Position numbers and translations under genes: made by a program. Positions 30,942-40,391 of a stretch of DNA of 64,000 nt are shown here, piece after piece (position 1 is the first letter of the stretch; every line of letters begins with the position of its first letter). The notes under the pieces are model-generated. The model had not been told where the DNA came from, made no database searches, and saw only the letters and a list, made by a program, of their open reading frames with translations. Source of the DNA: Simkaniaceae bacterium (GTDB lineage: Bacteria; Chlamydiota; Chlamydiia; Chlamydiales; Simkaniaceae); contig JBFWSA010000001.1 of assembly GCA_050248615.1 (NCBI GenBank), positions 36,841-100,840 on the forward strand. The letters are read 5' to 3'.

Positions 30942-32254
30942 TAGAAAACTCCAGAGTAAAATTTTTTTATCCTCGACTCCTTCGATTACGCCAGTTGATT
31001 CAAACTGATTTCGTTCAAAAAGTGATGGCTGCATTAGCAAGTCGTGGGATTGTCTTAATTTTAGGTTTTATCACATCGATTTTTACAGCTCGGTTACTAG
31101 GACCCGAAGGGCGAGGACTATTTGGAATAGCAACAGCGATTACAGCATTAGGAGTTCAGTTAGGACTCTTAGGATTTCATAGTGCCAATACTTTCCACGT
31201 CTCAAAAAATCCCTCTCTATTACCCACCATGATTACCAACTCTTTTGTAATCAGCATGGCAATGGGAGTTCTGCTGATGGGGCTGATTTTTTGTTTGCGC
31301 CACTTTATCCTGGGAAAAGATTCCTTATCTTTTTTTCTTTTATGTTTGTGCTTAGTAAATATCCCACTGAATATTTGCTTTTTACTTTTTCAAGGCCTTT
31401 TAACTGGACTGCAAAAATTTAAAAACTACAATCGGAGCGAAGTTTTAAATAAGCTTATCAATACTCTTCTCATTTTAGGTTGCATCTTTACAGGAAATTT
31501 ATCGCCTATTACGGCCACAGTTTTTCAAGGCGCTGCTTTCATGGTTTCTATAATCTACATGTTAAAGGCTTTTTTTAAATCTCCAAAGGGGTTAACGAAA
31601 CCTTCTTTATCACTACTTAAAGAGAATTTTTTTTACGGGGGAAAAGCTTATCTTGCTTGCTTTTTTGCTTGGGGGATTATGCGTCTCGATATTTTTATGC
31701 TCCAACGCTTTCAAAACCTTGAAGCCGTTGGTTATTTTTCGCTAGCCCTAACTCTAATTGATATTCTCCTCATGTTTTCATCTGTTGTAGCAGCGATTCT
31801 TCATCCTAAACTCTGTATTGAATCAGATCTTAAAAAAAAGTGGATCATGACAAAAAAAACTACCCTGGGATCTAGTGTCGTGATTCTTTTAGCTGCATGC
31901 ATTGTTATAGTTTGGAAAGCTCCTATTCAGTGGATGTTTGGTGCGGAATTTATTCCCTGTCATAGAACGCTTCTCTATCTTCTTCCTGGATTCTTTTTCC
32001 TTTCAATTCAAACAATTTTAGCTCAGTACATTATCTCCATTAAATTCCCCTGGAGTTTGGTAACAATTTGGGGAGTAGCTTTTGGTCTAAAATTTTTGAT
32101 CAGTTTAATGCTTATTAATACATTAGGAATCAAAGGAATTGGAATTGCTTGGACAATCACATATCTTGCCGTATTAATAAGTGTCGCAATCAACATTCAA
32201 TTCATGCGTAGAAAAATTCTTCTTTCCGAACCGAATGTGCAAAAAAATAGCTAG
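30938..32254 (+). CDS. Wzx-like polysaccharide flippase
   Basis: ARLLGPEGRG, RLDIFML...VGYFSLA; ~12 TM helices. Confidence 0.85.
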   Translation: MIENSRVKFFYPRLLRLRQLIQTDFVQKVMAALASRGIVLILGFITSIFTARLLGPEGRGLFGIATAITALGVQLGLLGFHSANTFHVSKNPSLLPTMITNSFVISMAMGVLLMGLIFCLRHFILGKDSLSFFLLCLCLVNIPLNICFLLFQGLLTGLQKFKNYNRSEVLNKLINTLLILGCIFTGNLSPITATVFQGAAFMVSIIYMLKAFFKSPKGLTKPSLSLLKENFFYGGKAYLACFFAWGIMRLDIFMLQRFQNLEAVGYFSLALTLIDILLMFSSVVAAILHPKLCIESDLKKKWIMTKKTTLGSSVVILLAACIVIVWKAPIQWMFGAEFIPCHRTLLYLLPGFFFLSIQTILAQYIISIKFPWSLVTIWGVAFGLKFLISLMLINTLGIKGIGIAWTITYLAVLISVAINIQFMRRKILLSEPNVQKNS

Positions 32255-32299
32255 CTAAGTATACTGATACACTACATTGATAAAAAAACTCTGAGTTAA

Positions 32300-33952
32300 A
32301 TGACCTCTTCCATAAACCCTATTATTGCAGTTACTTTGAACTTGAGAATTACAAATCGTCTTTCTGAAATCCAAAGATCTCTAGACATTTGTGACAAATA
32401 CAAAATAAAAATCACTCTAATGGTTGATAGTATGGAGGATAGAAAAGAGATTCTCCAACTGTTGAAGGAAGCTATCTTAAAAGGGCATGATGTCCAACCC
32501 CTTCTTTCCTCTCCAGCAAATGTTAAAAAAAGTAAAGAAACCCTAGAAAAGCTTTTAAAACCTCTAAACCCCCACTACCAAGTCGTTGCATGTCGTGTGG
32601 AACATGCCGCTAACCAATCATATAAAGACATTTACCAAGCCCTGGTCTCAGAAGGAATTTACTGTGATTCTTCTGTCGATGGAAAGTTTCCTTTTCTCTA
32701 TTCAATACATCAACCCTATTTTGCAAACCCCTATGCCCCTCAACTAAGAGCGCCTGCCTCAGAAAAAGAGATTGTCCAAATCCCTGTCTTTAATACTAGT
32801 TTAAAAAGCTATCTGAAGAAGCAAGCGAAAAAAAAAGGTAGGTCTCAGAAAAATGCATTTTTATCGAAAGGCGTTAGAAAACTTAGCAAATACTATTGCA
32901 AATTTGCTTTTCTTCGTAAAATGATTAATCCGATCATTCCCCAAAAATTCCTTTATTGTATCTGCGATTATGAACCCGAAGAATTAGTCAAACATCAATA
33001 CTTTGTGTTAGAAAATGATTTGTCTGATTTAGACACCTTAAAAGATTCTGCTACTTTCATAACTCTTTCTCAAATGGCTGAAATGGCACAACAAGAACTT
33101 TCAGCAACCCTGCGCAAAGATACCATAGAAGAAGCTGAATACCAAGTTGAAGGCTCTTACCAAGCTGTGATGGGTACAGATCGAAATCTTGCACAATCAG
33201 CCTATTTACAAAATTTAATCCCCTGGGACTGTGAATCGGTATTAGACTTTGGATGTGCTACTGGTTATTGGACAGATCGGATCGCAAAAATCTACCCTTG
33301 GATTTCTAAGATCATTGGTATAGATTTTGGTATAGATTTTATCAAAAAAGCCAATGATCTTTATCAAAATGAGCGGATCTCTTTTGTTCAAGGAAATTTT
33401 GAAGAGCTCCCTTTTCCAGATAAGAGCTTTGATTGTGTGTATGCAGATGCTACCCTAGAACATGCCTTTAATATTAATCACGCTCTTCAAGAAATTTATC
33501 GGGTGCTAAAAAAAAATGGATCTCTTATCGCGACGATTCCTAGCGATGCACGTAATCCTGAATGGTCAAACCCCTGCCATATTTGGAAAACTATTCCCGA
33601 AGAAACACGGAGACGACTTGAAGATAATGGATTTACCAATATCGAAATCGATGAGGTAAATATCTATAAAACTTTTTCTATGACTCCTTACCCTCCAGCC
33701 AATAGTCTGATGATGTTTATTCGTGCTAGGAAGGAAACCCCACTTGCAAGAGTTCAGCATGCAACTGAGTGGATCTCCAAAATAGATACCACCAAGCTTG
33801 TACCAACCGCAGGAACCTCTGATCCCGTAATAATTTTAAAAAAATTATTAAAACGTGAAGGCTACTGTGTTATCCAGAAAAAAAATACCATTCAACTTCT
33901 GCTTAATGAAAAAACACATACCTTTGAACCCCTAGACTTTCAAAATGGATAA
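32300..33952 (+). CDS. Fusion of degenerate polysaccharide-deacetylase-like domain and class I methyltransferase
   Basis: N-terminal ITLMVD, GHDVQ, CDSSV; C-terminal VLDFGCATG, LPFPDKSFDCV, LEH. Confidence 0.7.
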   Translation: MTSSINPIIAVTLNLRITNRLSEIQRSLDICDKYKIKITLMVDSMEDRKEILQLLKEAILKGHDVQPLLSSPANVKKSKETLEKLLKPLNPHYQVVACRVEHAANQSYKDIYQALVSEGIYCDSSVDGKFPFLYSIHQPYFANPYAPQLRAPASEKEIVQIPVFNTSLKSYLKKQAKKKGRSQKNAFLSKGVRKLSKYYCKFAFLRKMINPIIPQKFLYCICDYEPEELVKHQYFVLENDLSDLDTLKDSATFITLSQMAEMAQQELSATLRKDTIEEAEYQVEGSYQAVMGTDRNLAQSAYLQNLIPWDCESVLDFGCATGYWTDRIAKIYPWISKIIGIDFGIDFIKKANDLYQNERISFVQGNFEELPFPDKSFDCVYADATLEHAFNINHALQEIYRVLKKNGSLIATIPSDARNPEWSNPCHIWKTIPEETRRRLEDNGFTNIEIDEVNIYKTFSMTPYPPANSLMMFIRARKETPLARVQHATEWISKIDTTKLVPTAGTSDPVIILKKLLKREGYCVIQKKNTIQLLLNEKTHTFEPLDFQNG

Positions 33953-34733
33953 AATAGATCAGAAGACTCTTCTTCAGAAGCTAACTGATCGCGACCGTTT
34001 ATTTTATCATTATTCCAAACGGTGCGATGAAATCGACTCCGGCTATGAAGAGAAACTCGCTTGGTTTCATGATTATGCCCTTAATGCTTTTGCAAAATAT
34101 ATTCATCCACGCAATCACTCAGATAAAGTCTTAGATATCGGTTGCAGTCGTGGTTACTTGTTATCTGTTCTTTATGCCTGGGGGTTTAAGAACTTAACAG
34201 GTATCGACCTTTCTCCTAACGATATCTCACATGCAAAAGTCTTAGCACCTGAGATCTCCTTTGAAAAGGATGATGCTTTTGAATATCTTGCAAAACATCA
34301 AAATACTTTTGATATTATCATTTCGAAAGCTGTTTTAGAACATATTGAGAAAAAAAGAGTTTTTGAGTTTATTGAAAAATGCTATGAAGCTTTAACACCT
34401 AAAGGCATTCTCATTCTTGATGTTCCTAACATGGATTGGCTTTTTGCTTCCCATGAACGTTATATGGATTTCACTCATGAAGTGGGCTTTACTATTATTT
34501 CATTAAAACAGATAATGGGAGAAGTTTTTTCAAAGGTTGAAACGCATCCCATCGATTTTTATACCTTTCAAGATAAAAAAGTTCCTTTCTATAAAAAAGC
34601 TAAGCGCAATCTAACGCGCATTTTTGCACGTAAACTGTTAAACACTCTCTTTGAATGGGCAGATCCTCAAGGATGTAGTACATGCAATCCTATTTGGCAA
34701 CGCAGTATCCTTGGGGTAGGATATAAGTTATGA
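33945..34733 (+). CDS. Class I SAM-dependent methyltransferase
   Basis: VLDIGCSRG, AVLEHI, DVPN, YMDFTHE. Confidence 0.88.
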   Translation: MDKIDQKTLLQKLTDRDRLFYHYSKRCDEIDSGYEEKLAWFHDYALNAFAKYIHPRNHSDKVLDIGCSRGYLLSVLYAWGFKNLTGIDLSPNDISHAKVLAPEISFEKDDAFEYLAKHQNTFDIIISKAVLEHIEKKRVFEFIEKCYEALTPKGILILDVPNMDWLFASHERYMDFTHEVGFTIISLKQIMGEVFSKVETHPIDFYTFQDKKVPFYKKAKRNLTRIFARKLLNTLFEWADPQGCSTCNPIWQRSILGVGYKL

Positions 34734-36322
34734 CAAATCAAACACTCGTCATTAAGGAAAGTGTTCTTTCTCAAGAGGATAAAGAAAATTTCATTCATAT
34801 TGACTATTCTACTTTAAAAACGTGGTGTAAATCCGGAAAAATTTTTCAAAAATTTCGTAATTATCACGATGTTATTTTTTATTTAGATACAAGTCCCCTA
34901 TATCGACGTGCTGTTATTGTAGGACTGCTCGGCTATTTTCTCAAAAAAAAACGTGTAACAATTAAATATGCTAACCAAATAGAAGTAAAAGTTACTCTCC
35001 TATTTCTTTTTAAACGCTTAAGCATTTTTGTAAGAGATCTTCTATCAAAACCATTTTTTTTAAATAATCTTAATAAAAAAATAGAACATCTGCATCAAAA
35101 TATTCCTACCATGCAAACACTTCCTACAACAGGTTCTCCTTATTACATAAGAACTGATTTTCATTTTATGCTCCTAGCCGGAGGTTCTGTAGGACACATT
35201 GCAGGAGTTCTAAATAACTTAGAAAATGAAGGGAATGCACCCCCTTTACTCTTCAGTTGTACAAAGATCCCTACAGTGAAAAAAGGAATCCCCTGTCATC
35301 TGATTTTACCGGATGACAAATTTCTAGATTTTAATAATTTCCCCAACTTTGCTTTTTCTTCAACCTACACGAAAAAAGTGGGGCATTGGATGGAAAAACA
35401 TCCCCCTCGATTTATCTATGAGCGCTTCAGTTGTGGTAGTATTTCTGGAGTGGAGCTCTCTCAAAAATATCATATTCCTCTCATATTAGAATATAATGGA
35501 TCTGAAGTTTGGGTAAGCAAACATTGGGGCAAAAAATTTCATCACGAAAATATTTTCCTAGCAATTGAAGATCTCAACTTGCGGGGCGCACAACTGATTG
35601 TCGTTGTAAGTGCTCCCTTAAAAGAGCAATTAGTGGAGCGGGGAATAGATCCCCACAAAATCCTGGTGAACCCCAATGGAGTGGATCCCCAAAAATACAG
35701 CCCTGAGATTGATGGATCTCCTAAAAGAGAAGAGCTAAAAGTAAAAGATAAAATCGTGATTGGATTTATCGGCACTTTTGGGAAATGGCATGGGGCTGAG
35801 GTGCTCACGGAGTGTTTTGGGAAACTCTTAGACGAGTATAGAGAAAAGATCCACCTCCTCATGATTGGAGATGGGATCATGATGTCAGAGGTTACTCAGA
35901 AGATTCATGATTACCAGATGGAGAGCTATGTGACCTTGATGGGGATGATCCCTCAATCAGAGGCACCCGAGTATTTAGCTGCCTGCGATATTTTAGCCTC
36001 TCCCCATGTTCCCAATAGCGATGGCTCCAAGTTTTTTGGCTCTCCGACAAAGCTATTCGAATACATGGCGATGGGGAAAGGGATTGTTGCTTCAGATCTC
36101 GATCAAATTGGAGAAGTCCTTGAGCATAAGAAAACAGCTTACCTTGTCAAGCCAGGTGATCAAGAGGCTTTAGTCCAGGGACTCAAAGTGCTAATCGAGG
36201 ATCCCGACTTGCGCCAAACTTTGGGGATAAACGCCCGAGAAGAAGTCGTTAAAAATTACACCTGGAAACAACATACCCATAAAATCCTAGAAAAACTCAA
36301 AGAGCTATGTCCCTCCGCCTGA
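34730..36322 (+). CDS. GT4-family glycosyltransferase
   Basis: GGSVGH, PNGVD, GFIGTFGKWHG, SPTKLFEYMAMG. Confidence 0.92.
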   Translation: MTNQTLVIKESVLSQEDKENFIHIDYSTLKTWCKSGKIFQKFRNYHDVIFYLDTSPLYRRAVIVGLLGYFLKKKRVTIKYANQIEVKVTLLFLFKRLSIFVRDLLSKPFFLNNLNKKIEHLHQNIPTMQTLPTTGSPYYIRTDFHFMLLAGGSVGHIAGVLNNLENEGNAPPLLFSCTKIPTVKKGIPCHLILPDDKFLDFNNFPNFAFSSTYTKKVGHWMEKHPPRFIYERFSCGSISGVELSQKYHIPLILEYNGSEVWVSKHWGKKFHHENIFLAIEDLNLRGAQLIVVVSAPLKEQLVERGIDPHKILVNPNGVDPQKYSPEIDGSPKREELKVKDKIVIGFIGTFGKWHGAEVLTECFGKLLDEYREKIHLLMIGDGIMMSEVTQKIHDYQMESYVTLMGMIPQSEAPEYLAACDILASPHVPNSDGSKFFGSPTKLFEYMAMGKGIVASDLDQIGEVLEHKKTAYLVKPGDQEALVQGLKVLIEDPDLRQTLGINAREEVVKNYTWKQHTHKILEKLKELCPSA

Positions 36323-38178
36323 TCAAACGCGCGCTGCGCCTCCCTCCCCATATTGTCTTGTTGAAACTCCTCCGTATGGCGAAAAACCGTTGGCACCAGT
36401 ATCGTCGGGAACAAAGAGACCAAAAATACCCTACCTATTCTTCCTATCAGGGGAAGCTTAGTTCTTTCGTCACTCTTCCCCATCACGTTCCTCAATATAC
36501 GAAAGATCTCCTAAGTCACTCCTTTGATTTACTCGGGAGTGGTCCTGTAGAGGTCAAATATGGGCTCAAAGCCCCAGGTCTTGAAGGACATGTCTACCCG
36601 AGTCAAGCCGCTTTACCTCTAAACAACCGGATCAACCCCAAAAATCTAGACTATGCGGAAAAAGTGTGGAGTCATCTCGATCCCGATTATACTCCCCTGG
36701 ATTGGCAAATCGATTTTAAATCAGGATACCGCTGGGAGGAAAAAACACCCAGCCATAAAATTGCTTATGGGCACCTTCCCGGAGTCGATGTCAAAGTTCC
36801 CTGGGAGCTCGCACGCATGCAGCATCTCCCCCAACTCGCCTGGGCTTATGGAGAGACTAAAGAGGAAAAATATGTGCGGGAGTTTCAAAATCAAATCCTC
36901 GATTTCATTGCCACCAATCCTCCCCGCTTTGGTGTCAACTGGAGCTGCACCATGGATGTGGGCATCCGGATAGCAAATTGGCTGATCACTTATGATTTGA
37001 TGCAATGTTACGGAGCCTCTTTCTCACCAGAATTTGAAACCTTCTTCATTTCGAGTGTCTATGATCATGGGAAGCATATCATTCACCATTTAGAATGGAT
37101 GCCGACGTTCCGAAGCAATCATTACTTAGCCAATATTGCTGGACTCCTTTTTGTAGGAGCCTATCTAAGCGGCTGTGAAGAGTGGCTAGACTTCGCTATC
37201 GCTGAGTTTATCAAAGAAGTCCCTCTCCAGTTTCATCCAGATGGCTCTTCTTTTGAAGGGTCTACAAGTTACCACTGCCTCTCTGCACAAATCGTTGCTT
37301 ATACCTCGGCTTTAGCCATCTCCGTTAAAGGAGAGCGGTGTTTTCCTCAGGAGTATTATGAACAGCTCCATAAGATGGCCCTATTTGTCCAAGATATGAC
37401 TAAACCCAATGGGGCAGTTGTCCAAATCGGCGACCATGATAGTGGCTATCTCTTCCGCCTTTTCCCCCCTTACGATCAACACCTCAATCGACAACTCTTA
37501 ATCGATGAACTCCACTTCAAAAGTCTCTATCCCCACCCCTTTCCCCTCTGCAAAGAACCCTCACACACGTTCATCTCGGGGGATTTAACTCTATTAAAAG
37601 AGACCTTTCCTAAAACACAGATTGCCTTTCCTTATAAAAAAGAAAGGATCGATTGTAGGGCTTACCCCGATTTTGGAATGTATATCTATCGTAGTCCCCA
37701 TCTCTTTCTATCAGTACGCGTCGGATCGATTGGCCATTTGGGGCGAGGAGGTCATGCCCATAACGACCAACTCAGTGTTGAACTCGTCATCGATGGAAAA
37801 GAAATTGTCGTCGATCCAGGAACCTATCTCTATACACCGCTTCCGAAAAGGAGGAATGATTATCGCTCCGTCACAGCCCATTTCGCCCCCCAAATTTTGG
37901 GGAAAGAGCCGAGTGGGATTGAATCAGGAGTGTTTATCCTAGATAGAGATCCTAAAGGAAAATGCCTCCATTTTGATCGCCACACCTTTTTAGGGATGCA
38001 TACAGGTTATGGTTTCCCCGTCTATCGTTTGATTCAGTTAGGGGATCAGATTGTCATTACTGATTATTCTACTAAAGATCCCCTTGTTCCCCTCGAAAAG
38101 GTCCTCAAACAGGTACAACAGGTCCCCTTTTCTCCCGGTTATGGAATGATTAATTATGAAAATAACAATCATTGTTGA
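36307..38178 (+). CDS. Heparinase II/III-like (alginate lyase family) protein of polysaccharide loci
   Basis: KVPWELAR, NPPRFGVNW, NHYLAN, EGSTSYH, GHAHNDQLS, DPGTYLY. Confidence 0.88.
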   Translation: MSLRLIKRALRLPPHIVLLKLLRMAKNRWHQYRREQRDQKYPTYSSYQGKLSSFVTLPHHVPQYTKDLLSHSFDLLGSGPVEVKYGLKAPGLEGHVYPSQAALPLNNRINPKNLDYAEKVWSHLDPDYTPLDWQIDFKSGYRWEEKTPSHKIAYGHLPGVDVKVPWELARMQHLPQLAWAYGETKEEKYVREFQNQILDFIATNPPRFGVNWSCTMDVGIRIANWLITYDLMQCYGASFSPEFETFFISSVYDHGKHIIHHLEWMPTFRSNHYLANIAGLLFVGAYLSGCEEWLDFAIAEFIKEVPLQFHPDGSSFEGSTSYHCLSAQIVAYTSALAISVKGERCFPQEYYEQLHKMALFVQDMTKPNGAVVQIGDHDSGYLFRLFPPYDQHLNRQLLIDELHFKSLYPHPFPLCKEPSHTFISGDLTLLKETFPKTQIAFPYKKERIDCRAYPDFGMYIYRSPHLFLSVRVGSIGHLGRGGHAHNDQLSVELVIDGKEIVVDPGTYLYTPLPKRRNDYRSVTAHFAPQILGKEPSGIESGVFILDRDPKGKCLHFDRHTFLGMHTGYGFPVYRLIQLGDQIVITDYSTKDPLVPLEKVLKQVQQVPFSPGYGMINYENNNHC

Positions 38179-38821
38179 TGCTTTTCGTGCTTTTGCCACT
38201 GCATCATATGCATTAGAGAAAGACCCCCAAAATTATTACTTAACAAACTCTTGTGTATCTGTTTCTCAACTGGCCCAATCCGCTCATGATCCCCTACTTA
38301 TTGGAAAACCAGAAATCGGTTCTATACTTACCTACCACATTCCCAACTCCCCTACAAGAGTAAAGGAAACTCCTATTTTAGGAAGAGATGTGATCCATCG
38401 AACAGCAGCAGGCGCTTTAGGAATTTTAAAAGCAACCGATGCTGACCTGATCTTAGGTGCGAGTTTTGTAAATGCAGATGCAACTGCAGCCTATGTTCGC
38501 TTGTACAAAGGAGCCCAAGTAAAAATTGTTCCCATGGGACATGAGGGAACAACACCCTCATTTGAAGATGACCTCTGTGCAGAATATATTGATTCTCTCA
38601 TTAGAAATGAGTGGAAGGATCTAAGCCCATTTATCGACAAACTCAAAGATGGGCCTGGCAAGTATTTTTTTGGGGAAGATCAATGGCAATACCCCAAAGA
38701 AGACTTTGATTTGTGTATAAAAACAAGACGTTTTCCTTATGTTATTGTTGCAAAGATACAAGGAAACTACGCATGTTTAAAAAGGGTAGATGTTCAACTT
38801 CCTCAACCATATCAAGTATAA
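38156..38821 (+). CDS. ComB-like (2-phosphosulfolactate phosphatase family) phosphatase
   Basis: IIVDAFRAFAT, NSPT, HRTAAGA, ASFVNA, EDDLCA. Confidence 0.8.
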   Translation: MKITIIVDAFRAFATASYALEKDPQNYYLTNSCVSVSQLAQSAHDPLLIGKPEIGSILTYHIPNSPTRVKETPILGRDVIHRTAAGALGILKATDADLILGASFVNADATAAYVRLYKGAQVKIVPMGHEGTTPSFEDDLCAEYIDSLIRNEWKDLSPFIDKLKDGPGKYFFGEDQWQYPKEDFDLCIKTRRFPYVIVAKIQGNYACLKRVDVQLPQPYQV

Positions 38822-39461
38822 GATCCCGAATCCCACGACCTTTCCATTTAAGTGCATTAAGCTTTTGCTTTGTCATAGTATTCCAATCTTCACGACTAGT
38901 AATCTTCTTAATTTTGACCATATAATCAAAAACCGGAGTATTTAATGCAAAATGCATGGGATGAATCACAAGAACCTTAACTCCCTCTTGGAGAAGCCTT
39001 TTTCTTAATGAATCATCCACCTCAAGAGAATGCTTATGCCATAAATACCCCCCATCTTCCATAAAAATAGGAACTTCCAGAAATCCAAAACGATCTCTAA
39101 AAGGAGAAATAACTTCTAAATCACTACAAACGTTAGAGGAAATGCGCATTCCCGCTTCAGCCATGGCTTGTTTCGATTGATTACAGGTTTTAAAACGATG
39201 GCACCGAAACACAGGACAATTATGAGGAAGAGCCATCACATAATCTACAACTTGATTAATTGTAGATCCATGAGATGACTCCGAATCAAAGTAAGGATGC
39301 AGTCCTACCTCTAATTCACTTAAACAAGCTTCAACTCTAGAAGAGCGATGAGTAATAAAAACAGTAGGGTTGATCTTTCTCTTTTGAAAAAAATCTAACG
39401 TTTCTTCAATCGCCGGCTCTGGGGCCCAATCCAAATCTAATGTAATAATTAGCCCCTTCAT
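38742..39461 (-). CDS. Polysaccharide deacetylase-like protein (WbmS-like, NodB fold)
   Basis: ITLDLDWAP, TVFITH, EVGLHP, RCH, PIFMED, HPMH. Confidence 0.75.
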   Translation of the reverse strand: MKGLIITLDLDWAPEPAIEETLDFFQKRKINPTVFITHRSSRVEACLSELEVGLHPYFDSESSHGSTINQVVDYVMALPHNCPVFRCHRFKTCNQSKQAMAEAGMRISSNVCSDLEVISPFRDRFGFLEVPIFMEDGGYLWHKHSLEVDDSLRKRLLQEGVKVLVIHPMHFALNTPVFDYMVKIKKITSREDWNTMTKQKLNALKWKGRGIRDLILDMVEEVEHLPFLNMRSFLVSLQQ

Positions 39462-40381
39462 CGCAGGATCTCATGAAACTGTTTAAAACGCCTTTCATCA
39501 ATATCATGACGTAAAAAAAGCTCTTCCATAGAAGAATAACTGCGAAGATCCTCTGTCCGCTGACTCGTTGTCCAGGAATCCCCATCTCTCATGTATTGGG
39601 CATTCCCATAAGATAAAATGTTAAAAAGAGAGGCATTCATCTCTCTATTATCTTTAAAGTGCAATTGAGTACCTCTTCCATGCAAAGCTTCCCTTGCATG
39701 GGCGGCAAAAGAGTTAAACACCTCTTGAGAAATAGCATGCTTCTGATCTTTTTCTGGAGCATCGTAAGACATGTACTGGTAAAACTTCCACCGCGCTACT
39801 TTTCCTTTTGCTTCTTCAATTGCATTCAAAATAAAGCTCAATTCATTTGCCAAAGACATGTGATTTTTTTGGCTTATTACACTGTGAAGTTTCAATTCAA
39901 TACCACATTTCGTAAGACGGCTACAGACATGGACAATACGATCGAAATACTGATGAAATTTCTGATTATTTCTTCCAATAGAAGTCAAAAAGTTATCTTG
40001 GGCTCCATCAATTGTGACAGCAACCATATCGACAACACCTTCCATCTCAGAAATCACATTTTCATCTAAAAATGTGCCGTTGGTGTACACTTCGATTTCT
40101 AGATTTTTTGCTGGGTCTTTGCTTTTATACTGACGGATATGACGGAGGAGTTCAATAAATCCGCTAGGGGGACGTTTTCCAAAAATTACAACTTCTCCTC
40201 CTGACAGTGTTAATCTTCGAAAATTTAACCTCTCATACAGATGGGAAATAAATTCCTTCTTTGCCTCTAAATCAAGCTCTGCTCTGAGTTGATGAGACGC
40301 ATTTTCCAAGACACAATAGCTACAACTTAAATTACACCGATTTGTAACCATCCAGTACCCTTTATAATAAGTTTGCGACAA
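39458..40381 (-). CDS. Radical SAM protein with viperin (RSAD2)-like motifs
   Basis: CNLSCSYC, LTLSGGE, YTNG, VTIDG, LKLHSVISQKN, RWKFYQ, DNREMNAS. No C-terminal Cys-rich SPASM domain. Confidence 0.8.
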   Translation of the reverse strand: MSQTYYKGYWMVTNRCNLSCSYCVLENASHQLRAELDLEAKKEFISHLYERLNFRRLTLSGGEVVIFGKRPPSGFIELLRHIRQYKSKDPAKNLEIEVYTNGTFLDENVISEMEGVVDMVAVTIDGAQDNFLTSIGRNNQKFHQYFDRIVHVCSRLTKCGIELKLHSVISQKNHMSLANELSFILNAIEEAKGKVARWKFYQYMSYDAPEKDQKHAISQEVFNSFAAHAREALHGRGTQLHFKDNREMNASLFNILSYGNAQYMRDGDSWTTSQRTEDLRSYSSMEELFLRHDIDERRFKQFHEILR

Positions 40382-40391
40382 ATATTATCTC

